Part shown: positions 40,372 through 49,218 of the stretch, one piece after another
Layout: every line of letters starts with the position of its first letter
Numbering within the stretch: position 1 is the stretch's first letter
From: an uncultured Chloroflexia bacterium
GTDB taxonomy: Bacteria > Chloroflexota > Limnocylindria > Limnocylindrales > CSP1-4
Assembly (NCBI GenBank): GCA_963706095.1
Contig: OY970149.1
Coordinates: 1,152,418-1,216,417, forward strand
DNA: 64,000 nucleotides
Reading direction: 5' to 3'
Notes under the pieces: generated by a model
Told to the model about the DNA's origin: nothing
Seen by the model: the letters and a program-made list of their open reading frames with translations, nothing else
The model's database searches: none
Position numbers and translations under genes: made by a program

Positions 40372-41994
40372 ATGCCTGCCCGCCTGCGCGCGCCGTTCGG
40401 TGCCGCGCTGACCACCGCCTTCCTGGTCTCGCTCGCTCTATCGGCAAATGTCTCGGCCACGCTCGACCAGTGGTCATCCGTGGGCACGACCGGGGCGAAC
40501 CCAGCGCTGACTCTGGGCGAGGTCTACGCCCTCGCGGTGCATGACGACGAGCTGACCGTCGCCGGAGACTTCGCCAACGCCGGCGCAGTGGGTAATGCCG
40601 ATTCGATCGCCAAGTGGGACGGCGCCGCCTGGTCGGCATATGGCCAGCACAACACCCAGGCCAACGGCTCCTTCTACGCGCTGCCGGCGACGATCAAGGC
40701 GATTGCCTTTGACGGCGACAACATCTACGTAGGCGGCAACTTCCTGAATGCCGATGGCGTGCCCGAGGCCGATCGGATCGCCATGTGGAACGCGACCACC
40801 GGACAGTGGCAGGCACTCGATCAGGGCCTCAATGGCACGGTCAACGCAATCGTCGTCAGCGGCGTCAACGTCTATGTCGCGGGTGAGTTCACCGATGCCG
40901 ACGGCATTCCAACGGCCGACTACGTCGCCAAGTGGAGCGCCGGCGCGTGGTCGAACCTGGGCGCGCAGGGCGCGCCGGCCAATGGCGCCCTCGGCGGCCG
41001 AGTGAATGCGTTGGCGATGAAGGACGGCAAGCTGCACGCGGGCGGGCTGTTCACCAACGCCGACGGCAACGCTGAGGCCGATTACGTCGCCAAATGGACC
41101 GGCAGTCGCTGGACGAACCTGGGTGGCGATGGCGTCAACGGAGCCCTCGACGCCGAGGTGTTCGCCCTGAAGACCAATGGCGCTGACCTGCTCGTGGGCG
41201 GCATCTTCGAAGACGCCGATTCCGATCCCGACATAGACCACATCGCCAGCTGGACCGCCGGCGCCTGGTCCGGCTTCGACACTGACGGCCTGATCAACAA
41301 TGCCGTTTACGCGATCGAGACCGATGGTGCGGATACCTACATCGGCGGCAACTTCACCGACGCCACGGGGCCCACCGGCGACCGCGTGCTGAAGTACGAC
41401 GGCACGTCCTGGTCGCCGCTGGGCAACAACGGCGCCAATGGCGCCATCCCCAACAACACCGTCTACGCGCTCCGGGTGTGGGACAACGAGCTCTATGTCG
41501 GCGGCTCATTCACCGACGCGATGGGTGACGCGGAGAAGGACAAGTTGGTCAGCTGGGGCCTTCCCGACTTCCAGCCTGACGGACGCGTGCGCAACGTACC
41601 CGGCTCTCTGGCGGGCAACAACAAGTACAACGCCACGGGCACCAACCAGACCAAGACGCAGTCCGGGCCGCGTGGCGCGACATTCGTCTACGAGGTCTCG
41701 ATCCAGAACGACTCGCTGGTCTCGAACGACACCTTCACGGTGCACGCGACTGGCGCAGCGACCACCCACTTCAACATCAAGTACTTCTACAACGGTGGGA
41801 ACATCACGACCGCGGTCAACAACGGCTCGCACAACACAGCTGTCGTGGCTCCCGGTGGCACGTACGTCATCCGCGTCGAGATCAAAATCAAGAACACCGC
41901 GCCGGCCAACGCCCGGGTGAGCCGGCTGATCACGATCAGCTCGCTCGGCGATACCGGCGTCATCGACGCGGTGAAGGTCATCGGCGAGCGATGA
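40372..41994 (+). CDS. Secreted beta-propeller repeat protein with C-terminal beta-sandwich (DUF11/CARDB-like) domain.
   Basis: Signal peptide, then about 7 repeats of ~50 aa (IAKWDGAAWSAYG, IAMWNATTGQWQAL, VAKWSAGAWSNLG, VAKWTGSRWTNLG, IASWTAGAWSGF, VLKYDGTSWSPLG) each followed by a GG.F.(D/N)A.G motif. Confidence 0.65.
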   Translation: MPARLRAPFGAALTTAFLVSLALSANVSATLDQWSSVGTTGANPALTLGEVYALAVHDDELTVAGDFANAGAVGNADSIAKWDGAAWSAYGQHNTQANGSFYALPATIKAIAFDGDNIYVGGNFLNADGVPEADRIAMWNATTGQWQALDQGLNGTVNAIVVSGVNVYVAGEFTDADGIPTADYVAKWSAGAWSNLGAQGAPANGALGGRVNALAMKDGKLHAGGLFTNADGNAEADYVAKWTGSRWTNLGGDGVNGALDAEVFALKTNGADLLVGGIFEDADSDPDIDHIASWTAGAWSGFDTDGLINNAVYAIETDGADTYIGGNFTDATGPTGDRVLKYDGTSWSPLGNNGANGAIPNNTVYALRVWDNELYVGGSFTDAMGDAEKDKLVSWGLPDFQPDGRVRNVPGSLAGNNKYNATGTNQTKTQSGPRGATFVYEVSIQNDSLVSNDTFTVHATGAATTHFNIKYFYNGGNITTAVNNGSHNTAVVAPGGTYVIRVEIKIKNTAPANARVSRLITISSLGDTGVIDAVKVIGER

Positions 41995-42072
41995 TCACTT
42001 GACCACGATCAGGATCCGCAGCTGAACCGCCACCCGATCTCAGCGCGGCTGCGTTACGCGTTCGACAACTTC

Positions 42073-43932
42073 ATGGCGCGCGGCACGATCGCGCTGATCG
42101 GTGGCCTCTTCGTCATATCGGTCCTGTTCGTGCTGGCCGTCTCGGCCGCGATCCTGATCTCGGGCACGCTACGCGAGGCCGCCGACACCCAGGGCATCGA
42201 CTTCTCCGAGATGATATGGATCAGCCTGCTGCGCACCCTCGATCCGGGAACGATGGGCGGCGACACGGGCAGCGTGCCGTTTCTGCTGGCGATGCTGACC
42301 GTGACTCTCGGCGGCATCTTCATCGTGGCCACGCTGATCGGCGTCATCAGCAACGGCATCCAGGGCAAGCTCGACGAGCTGCGCAAGGGTCGCTCGCAGG
42401 TGCTCGAGACAAATCACACGGTGCTACTGGGCTGGTCGCCGCAGGTCTTCGAGATCATCTCCGAGCTCGTCGTCGCCAACGAGAACAAGCGCCGTCAATG
42501 CATCGTCGTCCTGGCCGAGCGCGACAAGATCGAGATGGAGACAGAGATCCATAAGCGCGTGCCGGACACGCGCACGACGCGGATCGTGTGTCGCAGCGGC
42601 AGCCCCATGGACATGACCGACCTGCGCATCGCCAGCGTCAGCATGGCGCGAGCAGTCGTCGTCCTCTCGCCGGAGATCGAGGAGCCGGATAGCGACGTCA
42701 TCAAGACTCTGCTCGCGCTGACCAACGAGACATCGCGCGCAGACGACCCGAGCTACAGCGTCGTGGCCGAGATCCGCGATCCGCGCAATGTCGACGTCGC
42801 CCGCCTGGCGAGCCGCGGCATGGCGCAGCTCGTCCTCGGTGGCGTATTGATTGGCCGCATTGCCGCGCAGACGTGTCGCCAGCCCGGTCTGTCGGTGGTC
42901 TACATGGACCTGCTCGACTTCGATGGCGACGAGATCTACTTCGCCATTGAGCCAGCGCTGGCTGGGCGCCCTTTCGGCGACGCGCTGCTCGAGTACCGCT
43001 CATCGGTGCTCATCGGCATCGCGCCACAGACCGGCCAACCCATCCTGAACCCACCGATGGACCGCGTGATCGAGGCTTCCGACCGATTGATCTTCATCGC
43101 CGCGGACGACGACACCATCCACCGCGCGGTCGTTCCCGGAGGCACTCCGGTCGAGGACGCGGTCCGGATGCACGAACACGCCGAAGTGAAACCGGACGCC
43201 ACGCTCGTGTTGGGCTGGAACAGCCGCACGCCGGGAGTGCTGGTTGAGCTCGATCGCTATGTCGCGCCCGGATCGCGCCTGACCGTGATCGCCCAGGGCC
43301 CGAATGTCGCGGGCGAGGTCCAGGCAGTGGGCGGGCGCCTGCAGCGCATGGCGCTTGACTACCGAGCTGCCGACACGACCGATCGACAGATGCTCGACGC
43401 CGTGACGGGCGAGGGGCACGACCATGTCGTCGTCATGTCCTACTCGGACATGCTCGATACGCAGCGCGCGGACGCTAGAACGCTCGTGACTCTGCTGCAC
43501 CTGCGCGACATCGAACAGCAGCGTGGCGAGAGCTACACGATCGTGTCCGAGATGCTCGACCTGCGCAATCGTGCACTCGCGGCTGTGACCCGCGCCGACG
43601 ACTTCATCGTCAGCAACCGCATCGTCAGTCTGGCCATGTCACAGCTGGCGGAGAACCGTGAGCTGCGCGGCGTGTTCGACGATCTCTTTGACGAGGCCGG
43701 GGCAGAGATCTACCTCAAGCCCGCGGCCGATTACGTCGAGCTGGGCCGCGAGATCGACTTCTACACCGTTGTCGAGTCTGCGCGGCGGCGCGGCGAGGTG
43801 GCAATCGGCTACCGCCTCCTTGCCCACGCGGACGACCTGGAACGCAACTACGGCGTGGCCCTCAACCCGGACAAGGCCGCGCCGCTGACCTTCTCGGCCG
43901 CGGATCGAGTCGTCGTACTCGCGACCGAATAG
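42073..43932 (+). CDS. CASTOR/POLLUX-like ion channel with tandem RCK (TrkA-N-like) domains.
   Basis: N-terminal 2 TM segments plus pore-like segment (TVTLGGIF). Two NAD-binding-like RCK domains (HTVLLGWS..., ATLVLGWNSRTPG). The conserved RLRYAFDNFMARG is at the N-terminus, so the true start may be an upstream non-ATG codon. Confidence 0.7.
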   Translation: MARGTIALIGGLFVISVLFVLAVSAAILISGTLREAADTQGIDFSEMIWISLLRTLDPGTMGGDTGSVPFLLAMLTVTLGGIFIVATLIGVISNGIQGKLDELRKGRSQVLETNHTVLLGWSPQVFEIISELVVANENKRRQCIVVLAERDKIEMETEIHKRVPDTRTTRIVCRSGSPMDMTDLRIASVSMARAVVVLSPEIEEPDSDVIKTLLALTNETSRADDPSYSVVAEIRDPRNVDVARLASRGMAQLVLGGVLIGRIAAQTCRQPGLSVVYMDLLDFDGDEIYFAIEPALAGRPFGDALLEYRSSVLIGIAPQTGQPILNPPMDRVIEASDRLIFIAADDDTIHRAVVPGGTPVEDAVRMHEHAEVKPDATLVLGWNSRTPGVLVELDRYVAPGSRLTVIAQGPNVAGEVQAVGGRLQRMALDYRAADTTDRQMLDAVTGEGHDHVVVMSYSDMLDTQRADARTLVTLLHLRDIEQQRGESYTIVSEMLDLRNRALAAVTRADDFIVSNRIVSLAMSQLAENRELRGVFDDLFDEAGAEIYLKPAADYVELGREIDFYTVVESARRRGEVAIGYRLLAHADDLERNYGVALNPDKAAPLTFSAADRVVVLATE

Positions 43933-43989
43933 ACACCGGCGCGGGTGCCGCGGCCCACCGTGCCGAAACTCCCGCAAGGCGTCTGTAAT

Positions 43990-44300
43990 GCGTGAGGACC
44001 CGTCACGCGTGTACCACCACCGGACGTGGTGTTAGAACTCGCATATCACACCACGTAGTTGGTGCGAGATCGCGCCGGCATCCGCGGCGCGCCCGTCGTC
44101 GGGGGGACGAGGGAGGCACCAGGGAATGCGCTCGGTCACTCATTTCGTCGCCCTCGCAGTCGACGGCACCTGACGGCCGATGGCCGGTCCGGTCACGCCC
44201 GCCCAATCGGCAGGCTGGGGTATTTGACGATGTACGCGATCCGTGTGACCCTGCCACTCCGCCGACCCGTCCCAGCCTGGTCGGTAGCAGGGGGAGTCAA
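43990..44300 (+). promoter_or_regulatory. Long GC-rich 5' leader of the NlpC/P60 gene; candidate cis-regulatory RNA (possibly ydaO/c-di-AMP-riboswitch-like).
   Basis: ~370-bp non-coding gap with G-rich tracts (cggggggacgagggaggcacc) and pairing potential. The riboswitch assignment is speculative. Confidence 0.15.
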
Positions 44301-44301
44301 C

Positions 44302-46656
44302 ATGGTCGCGGCTAGAGGGGGCACTACCCAACGGGGGTGGTGGAGGATGCTCGTCGGCGCCCTCGCCGCGCTTCTGCTCGCCTGCTTCATCGGCGGTCCC
44401 GGAGGGCTGCCGGTCGCCTTCGCCGCCGATCCCGAGCCCTCACCCGAGACTGTCGTCACTGACGACGCCACAGAAGAAGAGACGCCGCCCGGCTCCGGAC
44501 AGCAGCGCGTCGAGAACGTGATTGCGGCGGCGCGCCAGTACCTGGGCATCGCCTATCGCGTCGGCACTGAGGGGCCTTCGCTGTTCGACTGCTCGGGCCT
44601 GGTCTTCCGCGCGTTCTCGGACGCATCCCTCGTTGATCGCATCAGCGGCAATCGCCTGCGCGCAGCCGGGTACATGCGCTGGTTCGCGCGGCAGGGCCTG
44701 ATGACCGCCAATGAGGAAGAGGCACAGCGCGGTGACCTCGTGGTCTACGACCAGGGCCGCCACATCGGCATCTACCTCGGCGACGGGCGCACCATCAGCG
44801 CTCTTCTGTCGGGCGTCACGGTCCACTCGTTGCACGGCATCTCGCAGGATGTGACTGGCTTCCTACGCCCCGACTGGTCGGGCGCGGGCGAGGTTGCGCC
44901 GTTCGTGCCGGTGGAGCTGCCTGACGTCGTCGAGGAGCCGGCGGTGCTCGTGCCGCCCTCGGATTGGATGCCCTTCTTTGCCGACGACGAGATCGCACCG
45001 ATTGAGCGCGATGGCATAGAGCGGGCCGACCTGCGGACAGCCAGCTCACGCACGTTCGAGAACCCGGACGGCACCTTCACCACCGAGTTCCACGCCCAGC
45101 CGATCCACTACCTCGCCCCCAAGTCGGGCGAGCTCGAGCCGATCGACCTCCACTTCGGCACCAGCGATCGACTGCGCTTCCCAACGGTCACCAGGTCGCC
45201 TGTTCAGATCACGGCCCGTCCCGCCGACGATGCCGCAGGCCTGCTCGGCGCTGCTGCCGGGGACTGGGCGGTCTCACTGCGACTGCCTGACGGATCGCGT
45301 TCGCAGGCCGCCCCGACGATCGTTGACGACGGCCGCGTGGTCGACTACTTCGACCTCCTGACAGAGGGCGTCGGCCTGCGCGTCATGGCCGCGCCGGACG
45401 GTTTCCGAAGCTTCCTCGTGTTGTCGCGAGAACCCGACGCCAACCGCTTCACCCTTGCGCTCGATGCTCCCGGCCTGACGGCCATGCTCGACGAGCTGGG
45501 TGACGTGCTGCTCCTCGATGAGGCGGGCACGACCATCGCGCGCATCCCGCGGCCGATGCTGCTCGACTCGTCTGATACCGAGGGCCTCGGTGGTGGTCTC
45601 GACTCGGCCGCGACGTCGCTCGAGCTCACGGTCAGCGAAGCGCAGACCCTTTTGACGCTGGTTGTCCGGCCGCGCTTCCTGGCGGAAGCCGCGTATCCGG
45701 CATATCTGGACCTGGTGCTGACCGGCTTCCCCGCAGCCGCGCCGGCCGCGGATCTTGCCTTCGTGTCGAGCCGACATCCCGATGCCGCACTGGGCGGCTT
45801 CTCCCGGCCCGAGGCGGCCGGCGCGGCGGAGCTGCTGCTGGGCCGTCAGCCACGGACCAGGCACGAATCACAGGCGCTGCTGCGCTTCAACGAGCTGCGC
45901 TCGACCTTGGGCACGGTCGATATCGCCGCAGCCTCACTCGAGCTTCTGCCCTACCTGCAACGCGACGCCGAGGTCGCAGCCGTAGTCAGCCGCCTGGACG
46001 GCGAGTGGTCGGCCGATGCGGTCACCTGGACGACGTTGCCCGCTGTGGGCGCCGAGATCGGAGAGGTGCTCGGCGCGAGCGGGGCGTGGCTGGGCATCGA
46101 CTTGAGCGACTACGTCACTGATGTGCTCAGCCGCGGCACGGCAGATGGAGGACTCCTGCTCCACGGCCGGCCGGAGGCGACCGGAACCTGGAAGAGGATC
46201 CTCATCGGCGAGCTGGGACCGAGACTGGTCGTGACCTGGTCGGGCCTCCGCCCGACTGCCATCGCCCAAGACCAGGCGGCTCTTGGACCGGAACAGCAGG
46301 TAGCTCCCGAGGAGCCGGTCCAAGTCGCGACGACGTTCGGCTGGAAGTTGCCGGCGCTGGCGGGCGCCCACGACCGATTCGCACTCGAGGTGTCGCGCGA
46401 TGGGTTCGCCACGGTCGACTACGCGACGGGCGTCGTCAAAGGCAAGGCTGGTCGGACGAGCGAGTTCGCTCTTCCTGCTGATGCGCTGAGCGCCAGCGGC
46501 GAGTACGCCTGGCGTATCCGGGTCAAGCTCGCCGGCGGTGCATGGAGCGAGTGGTCGGCACCGCAGACGTTCAGCTTCGTAGGCGTTGCGCCAGCCCCAG
46601 TCCCGGCCGCGACGCCAACGGCGGCCCCGACGCCGCCGGCGGCCGCGGTCCTCTAG
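44302..46656 (+). CDS. NlpC/P60 family cell-wall peptidase with large C-terminal extension.
   Basis: RBS gggggag, then ATG 44302. Signal/TM (LVGALAALLLACFIGG). NlpC/P60 catalytic region (LFDCSGLVFRAF...RGDLVVYDQGRHIGIYLGDG). ~600 aa extension ending in an Ala/Pro-rich tail. Confidence 0.75.
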   Translation: MVAARGGTTQRGWWRMLVGALAALLLACFIGGPGGLPVAFAADPEPSPETVVTDDATEEETPPGSGQQRVENVIAAARQYLGIAYRVGTEGPSLFDCSGLVFRAFSDASLVDRISGNRLRAAGYMRWFARQGLMTANEEEAQRGDLVVYDQGRHIGIYLGDGRTISALLSGVTVHSLHGISQDVTGFLRPDWSGAGEVAPFVPVELPDVVEEPAVLVPPSDWMPFFADDEIAPIERDGIERADLRTASSRTFENPDGTFTTEFHAQPIHYLAPKSGELEPIDLHFGTSDRLRFPTVTRSPVQITARPADDAAGLLGAAAGDWAVSLRLPDGSRSQAAPTIVDDGRVVDYFDLLTEGVGLRVMAAPDGFRSFLVLSREPDANRFTLALDAPGLTAMLDELGDVLLLDEAGTTIARIPRPMLLDSSDTEGLGGGLDSAATSLELTVSEAQTLLTLVVRPRFLAEAAYPAYLDLVLTGFPAAAPAADLAFVSSRHPDAALGGFSRPEAAGAAELLLGRQPRTRHESQALLRFNELRSTLGTVDIAAASLELLPYLQRDAEVAAVVSRLDGEWSADAVTWTTLPAVGAEIGEVLGASGAWLGIDLSDYVTDVLSRGTADGGLLLHGRPEATGTWKRILIGELGPRLVVTWSGLRPTAIAQDQAALGPEQQVAPEEPVQVATTFGWKLPALAGAHDRFALEVSRDGFATVDYATGVVKGKAGRTSEFALPADALSASGEYAWRIRVKLAGGAWSEWSAPQTFSFVGVAPAPVPAATPTAAPTPPAAAVL

Positions 46657-46663
46657 GAGAGGC

Positions 46664-47086
46664 TCAGCAGGCGACGCTTCGGAACACGGTCGAATGCAGT
46701 GTCTGGCGGTTGTGCCAGGCGCGGAGCCGGAAGACGATCCTGAAGTCGTGCGAGCGCGTGCCGTGGTAGCTGCGAAACGAGGTCAGGGTGTGGCGGTTGC
46801 CGTTCGTCTCGAAGGCGTACGCCGCGCGCTGCCACGTGTAGACCGTGTGCCACACGCCCGAAACACGGCGCTGCGTCCAGCTGTCAATCGTCAGCCTGTT
46901 GGCGTCAGTGTGGCCACGTGAGCTGATGCGCATCTTGAGATGGACCGTCTCGCCATCACAGTAGTTGTGGTCGACGCGGACCGGGTAGTCGGACGCCCCG
47001 ACGACGGTCGCGCTCGAGGGCAGCACCAGGGCGAGCGCCATCACGAGCGCGGCCAGGAACAGCGCGAAAAGCCTGCGCGAAACCAC
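46664..47086 (-). CDS. Small secreted protein, member B of the di-Cys paralog family.
   Basis: Signal peptide MVSRRLFALFLAALVMALALVLPSSA. HNYCDGETVHLKMRI aligns with NYCDGDEPVIRVRLI of member A. C-terminal FRSVAC. Confidence 0.6.
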   Translation of the reverse strand: MVSRRLFALFLAALVMALALVLPSSATVVGASDYPVRVDHNYCDGETVHLKMRISSRGHTDANRLTIDSWTQRRVSGVWHTVYTWQRAAYAFETNGNRHTLTSFRSYHGTRSHDFRIVFRLRAWHNRQTLHSTVFRSVAC

Positions 47087-47136
47087 GGATCAAGATGTTA
47101 GCCGCGCGCGACGGGGCCGGTGTTACGGTCGCGGCC

Positions 47137-48252
47137 ATGGACCTTCCGCGGCCGATTGCGCCGCCCCTCCCCAATGGCCTCGACACGCCGTGCCTGGTGA
47201 TCGACCTCGAAATCGTCGAGCGCAATGCGGCGCGCATGGCCGCGGCGCTGGCGCAGCGCGGCATTTCTTTGCGGCCGCACATCAAGACGCACAAGAGCGT
47301 CGCCCTGGCGCGCGTCCAGGTCGCGCACGGCGCGATCGGCGTGACGGTCGGGACGCTGGGCGAGGCCGAGACGATGGCCGCGGGCGGCATCACCGACATC
47401 TTCCTGGCCTATCCGATCTGGGCGTCCCCGACCAAGGCGGCGCGCCTGCGCGCGCTGCTCGATCGGCCAGATCTGCGCCTCGCCGTGGGCATCGATTCGG
47501 AAGCCGGCGCGCGCCAGCTTGCGCAGGCCGTCGACGGCTCGGCGCGGCCGTTGCGCGTTGTTATCGAGGTCGATCCGCGCTACGGCCGGACAGGCGCGCC
47601 ACCCCATCAGGTCGGAGATATCGGCGCCGCGGCGGCGCGCCTCGGACTCGACGTCGTTGGTGTCTTCACCCACGGCGGCCACGGCTACGCCGGTCCCGAC
47701 GCGGCACCGGACGCGGCCGCGGACGAGGTCGAGGCCCTTTCCGCAGCGGCGGAGGCGCTTCGGGCGCACGGCATCGAGCCGTCGGTCCTGAGCGCCGGAT
47801 CGTCACCCACCGCCATTGCCTCGGCACGGCCGCCGGTGACCGAGATGAGACCCGGTACCTACCTGATCGGCGATCGCCAGCAGGTCGCGATCGGCGCCAG
47901 CACAGCGGATGGCGTCGCCATCGCGATCGCCGCCACCGTCGTCAGTGATGCCGTCCCGGGCCAGATCGTGATCGATGCCGGGGCCAAGTCCCTGACCAAG
48001 GACCTGCCGCCATACCTGGCCGGCTACGGGACGATCCCGGCATATCCCGAGGGGATCATCGAGCGCGTGTCCGACTACCACGGCCAGGTGCGGTTCGCCG
48101 AGGGCACCGCGATCCCACGGATCGGCGAGGTCGTGGCGGTCGTCCCTAACCATGCCTGTCCAACGATCGACCTCTTCGACTCCTTCCTCGCAACCAGGTC
48201 GGGCGAACTCGAAGGTGAGTGGCCCGTGGATGCGCGCGGCCGCAGCCGCTGA
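47137..48252 (+). CDS. PLP-dependent enzyme, alanine-racemase-fold / D-serine-dehydratase-like (DSD1 / D-threonine aldolase family).
   Basis: N-terminal TIM-barrel PLP lysine context (PHIKTHKS) and C-terminal DSD1-like domain. Confidence 0.7.
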   Translation: MDLPRPIAPPLPNGLDTPCLVIDLEIVERNAARMAAALAQRGISLRPHIKTHKSVALARVQVAHGAIGVTVGTLGEAETMAAGGITDIFLAYPIWASPTKAARLRALLDRPDLRLAVGIDSEAGARQLAQAVDGSARPLRVVIEVDPRYGRTGAPPHQVGDIGAAAARLGLDVVGVFTHGGHGYAGPDAAPDAAADEVEALSAAAEALRAHGIEPSVLSAGSSPTAIASARPPVTEMRPGTYLIGDRQQVAIGASTADGVAIAIAATVVSDAVPGQIVIDAGAKSLTKDLPPYLAGYGTIPAYPEGIIERVSDYHGQVRFAEGTAIPRIGEVVAVVPNHACPTIDLFDSFLATRSGELEGEWPVDARGRSR

Positions 48253-49218
48253 ATGGCTGGCGCCGTCCAGGAGTGGACCGATCCGCGATTCCTCGATGAG
48301 GCACACGCCTGGATTCGAGCCCGACTGACCGACACCGGAGCCCAGCTCAGCGCAGACATCACGCAGCAGCACCTGCAGCCGTGGTCGACGGTCCTGCGCG
48401 TGCCGACCGATCGCGGCGCGCTGTACTTCAAGGCGATCCATCACCTGCTGCGCCACGAGGCCGCGGTCGCCGCGTACCTCGGCCGTCGCCGTCCGGATCA
48501 CGTCCCAGAGCCAGTCGCCGTCGACATCGAACGTGGCTGGATCCTCATGGAGGATGCCGGCGCCCGGTTACGCGAGCTGATCGAGACCGAGCGATCAGTC
48601 GGACGCTGGCTCGAAGTGCTGCCGCTGTACGCGAGCCTTCAACTCGACCTGAGCGACTCGGTCGATGACCTGCTTGCCCTCGGCGTGCCCGACCTGCGCC
48701 ACGAACGCCTGTCGGCGCGATACTCGCAGCTGCTCGACGACATCCAAGGTCTCGAAGGCGTGCCCGGTGAGCTCGTAGCCCGTGCTCGCGAGCGGACTCC
48801 AGCGGTCGCGGACATGAGCAGCGGGCTGGCGACCTACGGCATCCCCGAGACGATCCAGCACGACGACCTAAACGACAGCCAGATCTATTTCCGCGACGGC
48901 CGATATCTCGTTCTGGACTGGGGCGACGCGTGCATCTCGCACCCGTTCTTTTCGTTGTCGGTGGCGCTCGAGGGCCAGATCAGCTGGGGACTGGATGACG
49001 TCGAGAACTCGGTCGATACCGGGCCGTTCCGGGACGCGTACCTGGCTGTATTCGCTCAGCGGCTGGGTTCGACTATGGAGGATCTGCAGTCCGCCGCCCA
49101 GATCGCGATCCGCCTCGGCTGGGCGTGCCGCGCAGCGAACGGCCACGTCCCGGGAGAGGATCCGATGCCCACCGTGCGCCGCCTGCAGATGTTCCTGGAC
49201 GGCCGCGTAGACGACTAG
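48253..49218 (+). CDS. Aminoglycoside phosphotransferase (APH) family kinase.
   Basis: HDDLNDSQIY...LDWGDA catalytic/Mg-binding motifs (HxDxxxxN...D). Start overlaps the preceding stop (TGAATG). Confidence 0.7.
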   Translation: MAGAVQEWTDPRFLDEAHAWIRARLTDTGAQLSADITQQHLQPWSTVLRVPTDRGALYFKAIHHLLRHEAAVAAYLGRRRPDHVPEPVAVDIERGWILMEDAGARLRELIETERSVGRWLEVLPLYASLQLDLSDSVDDLLALGVPDLRHERLSARYSQLLDDIQGLEGVPGELVARARERTPAVADMSSGLATYGIPETIQHDDLNDSQIYFRDGRYLVLDWGDACISHPFFSLSVALEGQISWGLDDVENSVDTGPFRDAYLAVFAQRLGSTMEDLQSAAQIAIRLGWACRAANGHVPGEDPMPTVRRLQMFLDGRVDD

